DNA of 33,531 nt, filler included, from Candidatus Delongbacteria bacterium (GCA_016937995.1; 2 parts of 2 records of this genome joined end to end with filler, not necessarily neighbours in it), one strand, 5' to 3'. Positions 9,310-17,346 are shown, numbered from the whole stretch's first letter. The notes: generated by a model not told the origin, from the sequence alone. A program made the numbers and translations.

Positions 9310-9491
9310 GAATAGAAAAATTAAAGTTTCGGTTTTCGTTGTTACGGTGTTATATTTATATTCCATTTAAGGCAAATAATGTAAGATAATTGTTGTGGAA
9401 GTACGGCTTTAAATTTACTTTTTTATCAAATGTGTGATTTTTAAAATAAAATCGCTTAAATTTCGTTTACTATAGAAAAATGGAGTTTATA

Positions 9492-10172
9492 ATGACCAGA
9501 TACTATTTTATCGTCTTGATGATCTTATTGCTTGGAGTGACTTACACAGTAAGAGCAGAAAGTGGGGATGATATAAAACATTTTGGAAGTGATACCGATC
9601 AAATGCTATTAGCAGAAAATAACTTAGATGATATTACAGCTATGCCAGATGATGACAGGGATTTTGAATTTGATCCTCCCGGTGAAAAAAGGTTCGAGCA
9701 TGGGAAAAAAGGTAGAGGTATGCGCGATAAAAACATATCTCCTGAGCTTGAAACGAAGATCAGTAACACTTTGAAAGAACATTTTCCAGAACTTTATAAC
9801 AAATCTCTCGATCTGAAAAAAAATCATCCGTTGATATATCGAAAACTTTTGAAAAAACTGAGAAAACACATCAGAAGAACAAAAGAACCTAAGGAAGAAA
9901 AGAAAAATTTGATCGCAATGATCTTCGAAGAATCAGAAGTGGATATTTTAATTCAAAAATTCAAGAACACTGAAAACGAGAAAGAAAAAGCAGAATTAAA
10001 AGATATCATCAGGAAAAAATTATCAGACGGATTTGACAAGAGAGAAAATATCGAAAAAAAGGTTATTAATAGAATTGAAAAGAACATTGAAAAGAAAAAG
10101 AAAAATCACGATGAACGAATAAAGAACAAAGAAAAATTAATTAATGAACATCTAGAAAAACTGTTGAAATAA
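9492..10172 (+). CDS. Exported, highly charged alpha-helical hypothetical protein
   Basis: ORF 9480..10172, likely start ATG 9492 after GGAG. Signal peptide ending VRA; K/E-rich helices. Confidence 0.75.
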   Translation: MTRYYFIVLMILLLGVTYTVRAESGDDIKHFGSDTDQMLLAENNLDDITAMPDDDRDFEFDPPGEKRFEHGKKGRGMRDKNISPELETKISNTLKEHFPELYNKSLDLKKNHPLIYRKLLKKLRKHIRRTKEPKEEKKNLIAMIFEESEVDILIQKFKNTENEKEKAELKDIIRKKLSDGFDKRENIEKKVINRIEKNIEKKKKNHDERIKNKEKLINEHLEKLLK

Positions 10173-10176
10173 ATCA

Positions 10177-10878
10177 ATGATAAAAGTAACTGACCTATCA
10201 TTTTCTATCTCCGGTAAAGAAATTTTAAATAATGTAAATTTTTCTGTTGATGATAATACCTCATTAATAATTTCAGGTCCAAGCGGTGCAGGAAAGACCA
10301 AACTGCTTGAGATCATAAGCGGTTTTGAAAGAAGTTATACCGGCAAGGTATCAATCGGAGGATCTCCTTTGGAAAATCTTGGAGATGATCTTTACGACAT
10401 GATTAGCTACGTCAGTAATTCCTGGCTAGAAAATACTCTGTCCGAAAAAGTGATGAGCGATCTTGTATTTCCTTTGGAGTTAAAAAATCTACCCGAACAT
10501 GTGATAAAAGAAAAACTGGATCGGATTATAAGTGTTTTTAATCTAGAAGATCTTATCGATGTTCCACCAATGAATTTATCAGGTGGAGAAAAACAATTTG
10601 TAAATATTTGCACTATGATAATAAAAGAACCTAAGATCCTAATGATCGATGATCAAATGACCATGATCGACAGAGGAAAAAGGGAGATAATATTCAAAGA
10701 AATAATCCGTTCAAAGAAACACACCGCTGTAGTGATCTCTAAAGATACCAATATCTACTCTGAGTTCGATAAGATACTTTTTCTGGACAAGGGAAGTGTT
10801 TACTATTTCGGTGATACGGTGACTTTTAACAAAGAACACCGTTCCAAGTTAATAGATACCGGATTGATCGAAAAATAA
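10177..10878 (+). CDS. ABC ATPase, ECF (CbiO/EcfA)-like, with degenerate catalytic motifs
   Basis: Walker A GPSGAGKT, LSGGEKQ signature, V.SDLVFPLE motif of ECF ATPases. Walker B reads MIDDQ and the H-loop reads ISKD. Confidence 0.8.
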   Translation: MIKVTDLSFSISGKEILNNVNFSVDDNTSLIISGPSGAGKTKLLEIISGFERSYTGKVSIGGSPLENLGDDLYDMISYVSNSWLENTLSEKVMSDLVFPLELKNLPEHVIKEKLDRIISVFNLEDLIDVPPMNLSGGEKQFVNICTMIIKEPKILMIDDQMTMIDRGKREIIFKEIIRSKKHTAVVISKDTNIYSEFDKILFLDKGSVYYFGDTVTFNKEHRSKLIDTGLIEK

Positions 10879-10921
10879 TTCCCATATCGCTGTTTTAATC
10901 AAAACATCATAAAAAAACATC

Positions 10922-10950
10922 TTGATTTAGTTCATAAAAAACTTTAATAT
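10922..10950 (+). promoter_or_regulatory. sigma70-type promoter of the oxidoreductase operon (TTGATT-N17-TAATAT)
   Basis: Consensus-like hexamers with 17-bp spacing, 55 bp upstream of the ferredoxin start. Confidence 0.45.
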
Positions 10951-11005
10951 CAATTTCTTGATAGCAAGGTTTAATTAAAAATATAATAAAAATTTTGGAG
11001 GAAAC

Positions 11006-11227
11006 ATGGAGATTAAAGGGTACATTGAAGTGGATATTCAAAAATGTAAAGGATGTCAGCTTTGCGCGACCGTTTGTCCAAAGGCTGTTATCGGCTATTC
11101 CGATAAAACAAATGACAAGGGATATTATTACGCAATTATGGTTAACGAAGATTGTATCGGTTGTGGAAATTGTGCAATAGTGTGTCCGGATAGTGTGATC
11201 ACTGCCTATAGAGCAGCAAAAAAATAA
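11006..11227 (+). CDS. 2x[4Fe-4S] ferredoxin, delta subunit of 2-oxoacid:ferredoxin oxidoreductase
   Basis: Two CxxCxxCxxxCP motifs; GGAGG RBS; first gene of the operon. Confidence 0.93.
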   Translation: MEIKGYIEVDIQKCKGCQLCATVCPKAVIGYSDKTNDKGYYYAIMVNEDCIGCGNCAIVCPDSVITAYRAAKK

Positions 11228-11257
11228 TTATTTAATAAAATAGATTGGAGGTCAAAA

Positions 11258-12319
11258 TTGGCTGAAAAGTATTTAATGAAGGGTAATGAGGCTCTTGCTG
11301 AAGCGGCTATCAGAGCAGGCATTGATGGTTATTTCGGTTATCCTATAACTCCTCAAAGTGAAGTATTGGAATACTTCTCAAAATGGCTACCAAGAAAAGG
11401 TATTGCCTATGTTCAGGCAGAAAGTGAAGTTTCTGCGATAAATATGGTTTATGGTGCAGGTGCCTGTGGTAAAAGGGTTATGACCAGTACATCTTCTCCT
11501 GGATTTTCATTAATGCAGGAAGGTGTTTCTTACATAGCTTGTGCTCAGATACCATGTGTTCTTGTAAATGTTCAGAGAGGCGGTCCCGGTCTTGGAACAA
11601 TTCAACCTTCACAGGGTGATTATTTTCAAGCAGTGAAAGGTGGAGGTCACGGAGATTACAGACTTATCGTTCTGACTCCTAACTCAGTTCAGGAACAGGC
11701 TGATATGGTATATAAAGCATTCGATCTTTCCGAGAAATATCTTAACCCTGTTCTGATTTTGTCTGACGGTGCTTTGGGACAGATGATGGAAACAGTGGAA
11801 TTTAAGGAAGATTATGTAAGACCTGAATTTGATGACAGCTGGGCAACTACTGGAAAAATGACAAATAGAGGAATGAATACCATTACTTCTCTATATATTA
11901 AACCTGAGGATATGGAAAAGAAGAACTTCGAACTACAGGCAAAATACAAGATCATTGAAGAGAATGAAGTCGATTATGAACTTTGTCACATGGATGACGC
12001 TGAGATCGGATATATTGCTTACGGTCTATCTTCAAGAATAGTAAAAAAAGCTGTTGATATAGCAAGAGAACAGGGAATCAAAGTCGGCCTTATCAGACCA
12101 AAGACTGTATGGCCTTTCCCTAAAGATGTTATCAAAAAATACTCTGAGCAGGTAAAAGCTTATTTATCTATTGAGATGAGCGTTGGACAGATGATCGAAG
12201 ATGTAAAGCTTGCAATAGATTGCAAGATACCTGTTGAACATTATGGTAAGACAGGTGGTATCGTTCTTTCAACAGAAGAGATCATTGAAAAAACAAAAGA
12301 TATGTTAAACAAATATTAA
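11258..12319 (+). CDS. vorB: 2-oxoacid (3-methyl-2-oxobutanoate-type):ferredoxin oxidoreductase alpha subunit
   Basis: MKGNEALAEAA, GYPITPQSE, QAESEVSAINMVYGA, TSTSSPGFSL, GGGHGDY; TTG start with GGAGG. Confidence 0.9.
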   Translation: MAEKYLMKGNEALAEAAIRAGIDGYFGYPITPQSEVLEYFSKWLPRKGIAYVQAESEVSAINMVYGAGACGKRVMTSTSSPGFSLMQEGVSYIACAQIPCVLVNVQRGGPGLGTIQPSQGDYFQAVKGGGHGDYRLIVLTPNSVQEQADMVYKAFDLSEKYLNPVLILSDGALGQMMETVEFKEDYVRPEFDDSWATTGKMTNRGMNTITSLYIKPEDMEKKNFELQAKYKIIEENEVDYELCHMDDAEIGYIAYGLSSRIVKKAVDIAREQGIKVGLIRPKTVWPFPKDVIKKYSEQVKAYLSIEMSVGQMIEDVKLAIDCKIPVEHYGKTGGIVLSTEEIIEKTKDMLNKY

Positions 12320-12335
12320 ACAGGAGCAGTTAACT

Positions 12336-13112
12336 ATGGCTGAAACAATTACTAAGAACGGTCAGGAATTTGATGTAGTTTGGAAAAAACCAAACCTTCA
12401 GAAAAATGACATGCATTACTGCCCGGGTTGTGCTCATGGTACTCTTGAAAAGCTTCTTCAGGAAGTAATCGATGAAAAAGGTATTCAACATCAGATCATC
12501 GGAGTATCACCTGTGGGTTGTGCAGTATTTGCTTATGATTATATGAACTGTGATATGCAGGAAGCAGCTCACGGTAGAGCATGTGCTCTGGCTACTGGGA
12601 TTAAAAGAGTTATGCCGGAACATGCAGTATTTACAATTCAGGGTGACGGAGATCTTGCTTCTATTGGTCTGGCTGAAACTCTTCATGCATGTAACAGGGG
12701 TGAAAGCATTATAATTCTTTTCTATAACAACGCAATTTACGGTATGACAGGCGGACAGATGGCACCTACAACTTTACCTGGACAGATCACTTCTTCTTCA
12801 CCTGACGGTAGGGACCCGAAGCTTTCAGGAATGCCTTTAAAAGTTGCGAATATCGTAAAAGAATTTGACGGCACCTGCTATGTAACAAGACAGGCTGCTA
12901 ATAATGCTGTTAACGCAAGAAAACTTAAAAAAGCTATTGAAAAAGCTGTTGATAACTCTCTGAACAACAGAGGAACATCTTTCATAGAGCTTGTTGGAAA
13001 CTGTCCATCCGGATGGAAATTGACACCTGTTGAATCCTACAAATGGTGGGAGGAGAACATGTTGAAATATTATCCGCTTGGTGACCTAAAAACTGAAGGA
13101 GGGATAAAATAA
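12336..13112 (+). CDS. 2-oxoacid:ferredoxin oxidoreductase beta (TPP-binding) subunit
   Basis: YCPGCAHG, PVGC, HGRA, QGDGDL...NNAIYGMTGGQ. Confidence 0.93.
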   Translation: MAETITKNGQEFDVVWKKPNLQKNDMHYCPGCAHGTLEKLLQEVIDEKGIQHQIIGVSPVGCAVFAYDYMNCDMQEAAHGRACALATGIKRVMPEHAVFTIQGDGDLASIGLAETLHACNRGESIIILFYNNAIYGMTGGQMAPTTLPGQITSSSPDGRDPKLSGMPLKVANIVKEFDGTCYVTRQAANNAVNARKLKKAIEKAVDNSLNNRGTSFIELVGNCPSGWKLTPVESYKWWEENMLKYYPLGDLKTEGGIK

Positions 13113-13663
13113 TGTTACAGGAAGTTATGTTTTCAGGATTTGGTGGACAGGGTGTTCTTACTATCGCAAAGAATTTATCTTACACAGCGATGCTGGAAGG
13201 TAAAGAGACATGCTGGATGCCAACTTACGGACCTGAGATGAGAGGTGGAACTTGTGGTTGTACTGTTTCTGTTAGTGATAAACCTGTAAGTTCTCCTATA
13301 TTAGAAAAATATACTACAGTAGTAGCTTTGAACCAGCCTTCACTTGACAAGTATCAACCAAAAGTGAAGGAAGGTGGACTGTTGATATGGGAATCTACTA
13401 ATATTCATAAAGCACCGACCAGAACGGATATTAATATAGTTCCTATTCCTGCTTACGAAGAATCAAACAAACTTGGAAATCCACTGATGATGGGTATGAT
13501 CCTTCTTGGAGCTTACATTCAAAAGACAGGTGCGATCACTATTGAGGGTGTTATCGATGCACTTAAGAAGACTTTACCTGAAAGAAGGCATGATCTTATT
13601 CCTCTGAATGAGCAAGCGCTCAAAAGAGGATTTGAACTGGCTGAAGCGATCAAATGCTGCTAA
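13112..13663 (+). CDS. 2-oxoacid:ferredoxin oxidoreductase gamma subunit
   Basis: GFGGQGV and YGPEMRGG; TAATG stop/start overlap. Confidence 0.93.
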   Translation: MLQEVMFSGFGGQGVLTIAKNLSYTAMLEGKETCWMPTYGPEMRGGTCGCTVSVSDKPVSSPILEKYTTVVALNQPSLDKYQPKVKEGGLLIWESTNIHKAPTRTDINIVPIPAYEESNKLGNPLMMGMILLGAYIQKTGAITIEGVIDALKKTLPERRHDLIPLNEQALKRGFELAEAIKCC

Positions 13664-13678
13664 GATTCATTAAATTCT

Positions 13679-13706
13679 AAACGGGACTGAATGTCCCGTT
13701 TTTTTT
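13679..13706 (+). terminator. Rho-independent terminator
   Basis: AAACGGGAC-tgaat-GTCCCGTTT followed by a T run. Confidence 0.85.
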
Positions 13707-13741
13707 GCTTCAAAAAATTAAATCGTATTTAATTATATTAT

Positions 13742-13822
13742 TTACATTAGTGACATTTGTCCCCTGAGAAGTAACCAAGTGTTACGCGGTAGTAAATATT
13801 TCTTCATTTTATCACTTCCGGA
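13742..13822 (-). CDS. Possible 3' end of a gene truncated by the contig end (SGSDKMKKYLLPRNTWLLLRGQMSLM*)
   Basis: Open frame from the gap to TAA at 13744-13742, converging on the terminator. Only 26 codons are visible. Confidence 0.35.
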   Translation of the reverse strand, partial: SGSDKMKKYLLPRNTWLLLRGQMSLM

Positions 13823-13922
13823 NNNNNNNNNNNNNNNNNNNNNNNNNNNNNNNNNNNNNNNNNNNNTTAATTAATTAANNNNNNNNNNNNNNNNNNNNNN
13901 NNNNNNNNNNNNNNNNNNNNNN
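13823..13922. other. Artificial contig-joining linker (44 N, TTAATTAATTAA, 44 N)
   Basis: Exactly 100 positions with a six-frame stop 12-mer in the middle. Confidence 0.97.
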
Positions 13923-13923
13923 G

Positions 13924-14349
13924 CTTGTTGCTATTGATAGAGGAACTAACGGTCTATTAGATCCTAGACCTCAGTCAGCTACTGCTACTACAGATTACTA
14001 CAGTATAACACCTGACGGATTCTTTGAAACAGCAAACTATATCGGAGCTTTTGCACCTGCAAGCAAATCAGGACTTTGGACTGACGGATGGACTTATCTT
14101 GATCAATTCGGATATACTGCAGATGTCGTTGTTGCCGATGCACCTTCTAATGTTTCAACTTCATTATCTGGAACAAATCTGACTGTTAGCTGGGATTCAG
14201 TTCCTGGAGCAGTATCATACAGTGTTTATTCATGTGATACTCCTAACGGTACATTTACACTTGAAACAACAGTTGGAACAAATCAGTGGACAGCAACTGC
14301 TACTGATTCCAAGAAATTCTATTATATAAAAACAAATACTGCTAAATAA
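13924..14349 (+). CDS. C-terminal part of a probably secreted protein ending in an FN3/Ig-like module (5' truncated)
   Basis: Not in the ORF track. 141 open codons: LVAIDRGTNGLLDPRPQ...DGFFETANYIGAFAP...WTDGWTYL...APSNVSTSLSGTNLTVSWDSVPGAVSYSVYSCDTPNGTF...KKFYYIKTNTAK*. Confidence 0.85.
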   Translation, partial: LVAIDRGTNGLLDPRPQSATATTDYYSITPDGFFETANYIGAFAPASKSGLWTDGWTYLDQFGYTADVVVADAPSNVSTSLSGTNLTVSWDSVPGAVSYSVYSCDTPNGTFTLETTVGTNQWTATATDSKKFYYIKTNTAK

Positions 14350-14483
14350 AAAATGAAAAAGGAGGCAAGTATAAGAAATTTGTAATCCTATTTTGAACTA
14401 TCAAGTTAGATCAGGTAATCGTTCATTGAAAACAATTAAGCCTGTTAAACTGAATTCACCGCCTGATAGAACTTGTAAAGATA

Positions 14484-14511
14484 AAAAATCCCGGAATAAT
14501 CCGGGATTTTT
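14484..14511. terminator. Bidirectional Rho-independent terminator
   Basis: Perfect hairpin AAAAATCCCGGA-ataa-TCCGGGATTTTT between convergent genes. Confidence 0.85.
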
Positions 14512-14914
14512 ATTTATCGTTATTTATCTTGCGGGGTCTAAGCTGACATGCGCAACCACCTGTGAGTTCGTTGTTCTTATCAATTTTAATGGGCATTCCG
14601 TCACTTTCCCAATCACTTATCCCCCCAATAAGCGAAAAGATATTATCATATCCTTTCTCTGTCAGAATTCTTACAGCTTCTTTGCTCTTGATACCAACAT
14701 AGTCAGCAACGATCACTGTTTTGTTTTTGGGGATAAAGCTTTGATCTTCTTTAAGATCATCCAGTTTGATATTGATAACTACAGGAACGTCAAAATCTCG
14801 ACCATTCCTGAAAATACCTTCTCTTAAATCTATAAGCAAAGCTCCTTCATTGAGAAGCTTGATCGAACCCCTTGGAGAAATAAATTTTATCCCATTTATA
14901 TTATATATAGAAAT
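14510..14914 (-). CDS. Rhodanese-like domain protein (start uncertain)
   Basis: Frame is open to 14932: ...KFISPRGSIKLLNEGALLIDLRE...ADYVGIKSKEAVRILTEKGYDNIFSLIGGISDW; C-terminal GGCACQL. No in-frame ATG upstream; ATT at 14914 follows AGGGG. Confidence 0.7.
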   Translation of the reverse strand: MSIYNINGIKFISPRGSIKLLNEGALLIDLREGIFRNGRDFDVPVVINIKLDDLKEDQSFIPKNKTVIVADYVGIKSKEAVRILTEKGYDNIFSLIGGISDWESDGMPIKIDKNNELTGGCACQLRPRKINNDK

Positions 14915-14981
14915 AAGAATCCCCTGCTTTTTTCATAATATTAATCACAGAGGATCTAAAATACAATATGTTTTATCATAT

Positions 14982-15638
14982 TTATTTTACAATAGCAGAT
15001 TTGATAACCGACATAGCTTTATCTTTATTCCCGAAACCTTCTGACTTCAATTCTCCCGGTCCTTTATAATTTGTGAACCACAGTTCTATTATATCAAGTA
15101 TTCCGGTGAAATTATTATTCAATTCTGAAATATCATTTATCTGTGAAAAATGTGAATCTTTTATAACAGCTATTAGCTTATCATCCTTCTCCCCTCCATC
15201 AAGAAGATACATCACACCTATTATCTTTACTCTTAATACTTTACCTCTTTCTATTGCAGGTCCAAGAATTATCACATCCAGTGGATCACCGTCTCCTCCT
15301 TTCTCTTTTGAAAGCAAAGTCCCCGGTATCATACCATAGTTTGCAGGATAACCAAGATATTTCACTTTTCTTGGTTTTCCTTTTTTAAATTCCCATTTGA
15401 GTTTTCCGTCACTTTTATCAACTTCCCATTTCCCTATTGTACCCGCCGGGATCTCAATTATAGCATTAACCTCACTGTTAAAAAGTTCTGTTTTTACTTC
15501 ATTGTAATTTATTTTTGACGCAAAAATATATGGATCTGAATCCATCTCATAATTTGAAATATCAGGCATTTTAGCATAAATTAACATGACCAGTGTTAAC
15601 AACGCAAGTGTCCTAAAAAAAAGATGATATTTGTTCAT
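14982..15638 (-). CDS. ppa: Family I inorganic pyrophosphatase with N-terminal signal peptide
   Basis: IEIPAG, YPANYGMIPGTL, GDGDPLDV, DDKLI; hydrophobic N-terminus ending LIYA. Confidence 0.9.
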   Translation of the reverse strand: MNKYHLFFRTLALLTLVMLIYAKMPDISNYEMDSDPYIFASKINYNEVKTELFNSEVNAIIEIPAGTIGKWEVDKSDGKLKWEFKKGKPRKVKYLGYPANYGMIPGTLLSKEKGGDGDPLDVIILGPAIERGKVLRVKIIGVMYLLDGGEKDDKLIAVIKDSHFSQINDISELNNNFTGILDIIELWFTNYKGPGELKSEGFGNKDKAMSVIKSAIVK

Positions 15639-15639
15639 T

Positions 15640-16287
15640 TTATTTTTCCTTCTTTAAATACATACTCATAAGAACTCCAAGTACTGCACCTATTACAGGT
15701 CCTGCAAAATAGATCCATAGATGTTCAAAATTCATTGTAGCTATGGCTGGTCCGAAAGATCTGGCAGGATTCATAGAAGCACCAGTAACAGGTCCTGCGA
15801 ACATGGCTTCAAGACATACTGTAGCACCGATAGCAACTCCAGCCATCATACCTTTTTCCTTGGCACCTGTCGCTACATGGTAAATCACGAACATAAGAAA
15901 GAATGTAAGCAGTAATTCGAAAATAAATGCCGGGAACACATCTATGGATGGTAAGGTCATACCTAAATACTCATCTTTGGGAAAAACAGACCTTAAAAAC
16001 AAACTAGCTGCTGAAGCACCTGCAAGCTGTACAATTATATAACTAACCGTATCTTTAAGAGAGATCTTCTTTGATGCATAGAATGCTATTGTTACAGCAG
16101 GATTTATATGTGCTCCGGAGATATCCCCGATAGCATATATCATTGCCATAACTATGAGACCGAATGTTATTGCTATCCCTGAGTGTGTTACAGCACCGTT
16201 TGAAAAATTATTAATAACGACTGCACCTGTACCTGCAAATACAAGTGCAAAAGTCCCTATAAATTCTGCAAGATACTTTTTATTCAT
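15640..16287 (-). CDS. MIP-family channel, NIP/AqpN-like (probable arsenite channel)
   Basis: AEFIGT, SGAHINPAVT, GASMNPARSFGP; start ATG 16287 (GTG 16293 is the alternative). Confidence 0.9.
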   Translation of the reverse strand: MNKKYLAEFIGTFALVFAGTGAVVINNFSNGAVTHSGIAITFGLIVMAMIYAIGDISGAHINPAVTIAFYASKKISLKDTVSYIIVQLAGASAASLFLRSVFPKDEYLGMTLPSIDVFPAFIFELLLTFFLMFVIYHVATGAKEKGMMAGVAIGATVCLEAMFAGPVTGASMNPARSFGPAIATMNFEHLWIYFAGPVIGAVLGVLMSMYLKKEK

Positions 16288-16332
16288 TTCCACCTCTAAT
16301 TTTTATCTAAGATTAGGAATTTAATAAATGAC

Positions 16333-16371
16333 TGTTATACTAATATTTTATTTTTGTTAGATTTTTGTTAC
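16333..16371 (-). promoter_or_regulatory. Pho-box-like array upstream of aquaporin-ppa
   Basis: + strand TGTTAT(16333), TATTTT(16344), TGTTAG(16355), TGTTAC(16366) at an 11-bp period; TAAATT -10 lies 9 bp downstream on the - strand. Confidence 0.75.
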
Positions 16372-16428
16372 AAACGGCATATAAACTTCTCAAAAGCTCA
16401 TTATTTGACCTTTTGATTGTTTAAATTT

Positions 16429-16456
16429 AAGTAAGAAGTAAGAAATTAGATGTCAG
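16429..16456 (+). repeat. Heptamer tandem repeat, left arm flanking the four-helix-bundle gene
   Basis: AAGTAAG AAGTAAG AAATTAG ATGTCAG; inverted match (26/28) to 16824-16851. Confidence 0.8.
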
Positions 16457-16464
16457 AGGAAAAC

Positions 16465-16820
16465 ATGGAAACAAATCTTTGAAATAGAACATTTAATTTT
16501 TCAATAAATATTCTAGATCTTGTTGAATCAATTCCTAAATCAACAACATCTAATGTAGTCAGATACCAACTATCTAGAAGCGGAACTTCGGTTGGGGCAA
16601 ATTATAGAGTTTCAAGAAGAGCAAGAAGTGACAGAGAATTTATTTCAAAGATCAGTATCGTGTAGAAGAAATTGATGAATCTCTGTTCTGGTTAGAAATA
16701 CTCGAATATAAAAGCTGGATCGACGATCCAGCTTTATATGATTTGCTTAAAGAAGCAAATGAATTAACATCAATTTTTGTTTCTATCCTTAAGAAAGTAA
16801 AGAAGCGCATTAATTCATAA
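16465..16820 (+). pseudogene. Four helix bundle protein (23S rRNA IVP-like) pseudogene
   Basis: METNL*NRTFNFSINILDLVESIP...QLSRSGTSVGANYRVSRRARSDREFISKISIV/VEEIDESLFWLEIL...EANELTSIF. TGA at 16480 and a 1-bp frameshift near 16661; GAGGA RBS. Confidence 0.88.
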
Positions 16821-16823
16821 CTT

Positions 16824-16858
16824 CTGACTTCTAATTTCTTACATCTTACTTCTGACTT
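16824..16858 (+). repeat. Heptamer tandem repeat, right (inverted) arm
   Basis: CTGACTT CTAATTT CTTACAT CTTACTT CTGACTT, abutting the arsC stop codon. Confidence 0.8.
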
Positions 16859-17279
16859 ACAACTCCTTCACAAACTCATCGATCCAGTTTTTTATCTGAT
16901 CTCTTACTTTTCTGGTAAAATCAAGCTTTTCTTCATAAGATCCCTGAAAAGCAGAAGGATCAGGAAATTCTTTATGAAGTCTTTTGTATACATTACCTGG
17001 GAATACAGGACATCTTTCACCTGATGCCTGATCACATACTGTAACCACATAATCGTAATGATCTCCGGAATCGATCTTTTCCTGTACAGTATTTGTAGAA
17101 TTTCCTGAGATATCTATCCCGATCTCTTTCATTGCATCAACTACAACTGGATTAAGCTTCCCTTTCTCAATACCAGCACTTTCAGCTTTCACATTTTCAA
17201 GCCCTGCATTATTAACAAATGCTTCCGCCATCTGACTTCTTGCTGAATTATGTATGCAAACGAATAAAACTTTAGTCAT
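16857..17279 (-). CDS. arsC: Arsenate reductase, LMW-PTPase (thioredoxin-coupled) type
   Basis: VLFVCIHNSARSQMAEA P-loop, VTVCD...CPVFPG, PDPS, R.VRDQI; start ATG 17279 after GAGGAG. Confidence 0.9.
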   Translation of the reverse strand: MTKVLFVCIHNSARSQMAEAFVNNAGLENVKAESAGIEKGKLNPVVVDAMKEIGIDISGNSTNTVQEKIDSGDHYDYVVTVCDQASGERCPVFPGNVYKRLHKEFPDPSAFQGSYEEKLDFTRKVRDQIKNWIDEFVKEL

Positions 17280-17326
17280 GATCTCCTCATTCGATTTTTT
17301 CAATACACCATAAAGATAATAAATAA

Positions 17327-17346
17327 TGTTACAAAAATATTATATT
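17327..17346 (-). promoter_or_regulatory. Pho-box-like site upstream of arsC
   Basis: TGTTACAAAAATATTATATT is identical (20/20) to 25570-25589 upstream of phoB; TATCTT -10 lies 8 bp downstream on the - strand. Confidence 0.7.

Noticed and set aside
13867-13878. TTAATTAATTAA palindrome and the apparent adjacency of the oxidoreductase operon and the Pho island
   Set aside because: It is a symmetric N-padded six-frame stop linker, so nothing across it can be treated as linked.
14393-14827. 144-aa + strand ORF
   Set aside because: It is antisense to the rhodanese gene and runs through a perfect terminator hairpin.
16480-16482. TGA as selenocysteine or a recoded codon in the four-helix-bundle gene
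   Set aside because: The position is not a Cys site, TGA terminates pstC normally, and a separate frameshift indicates decay.
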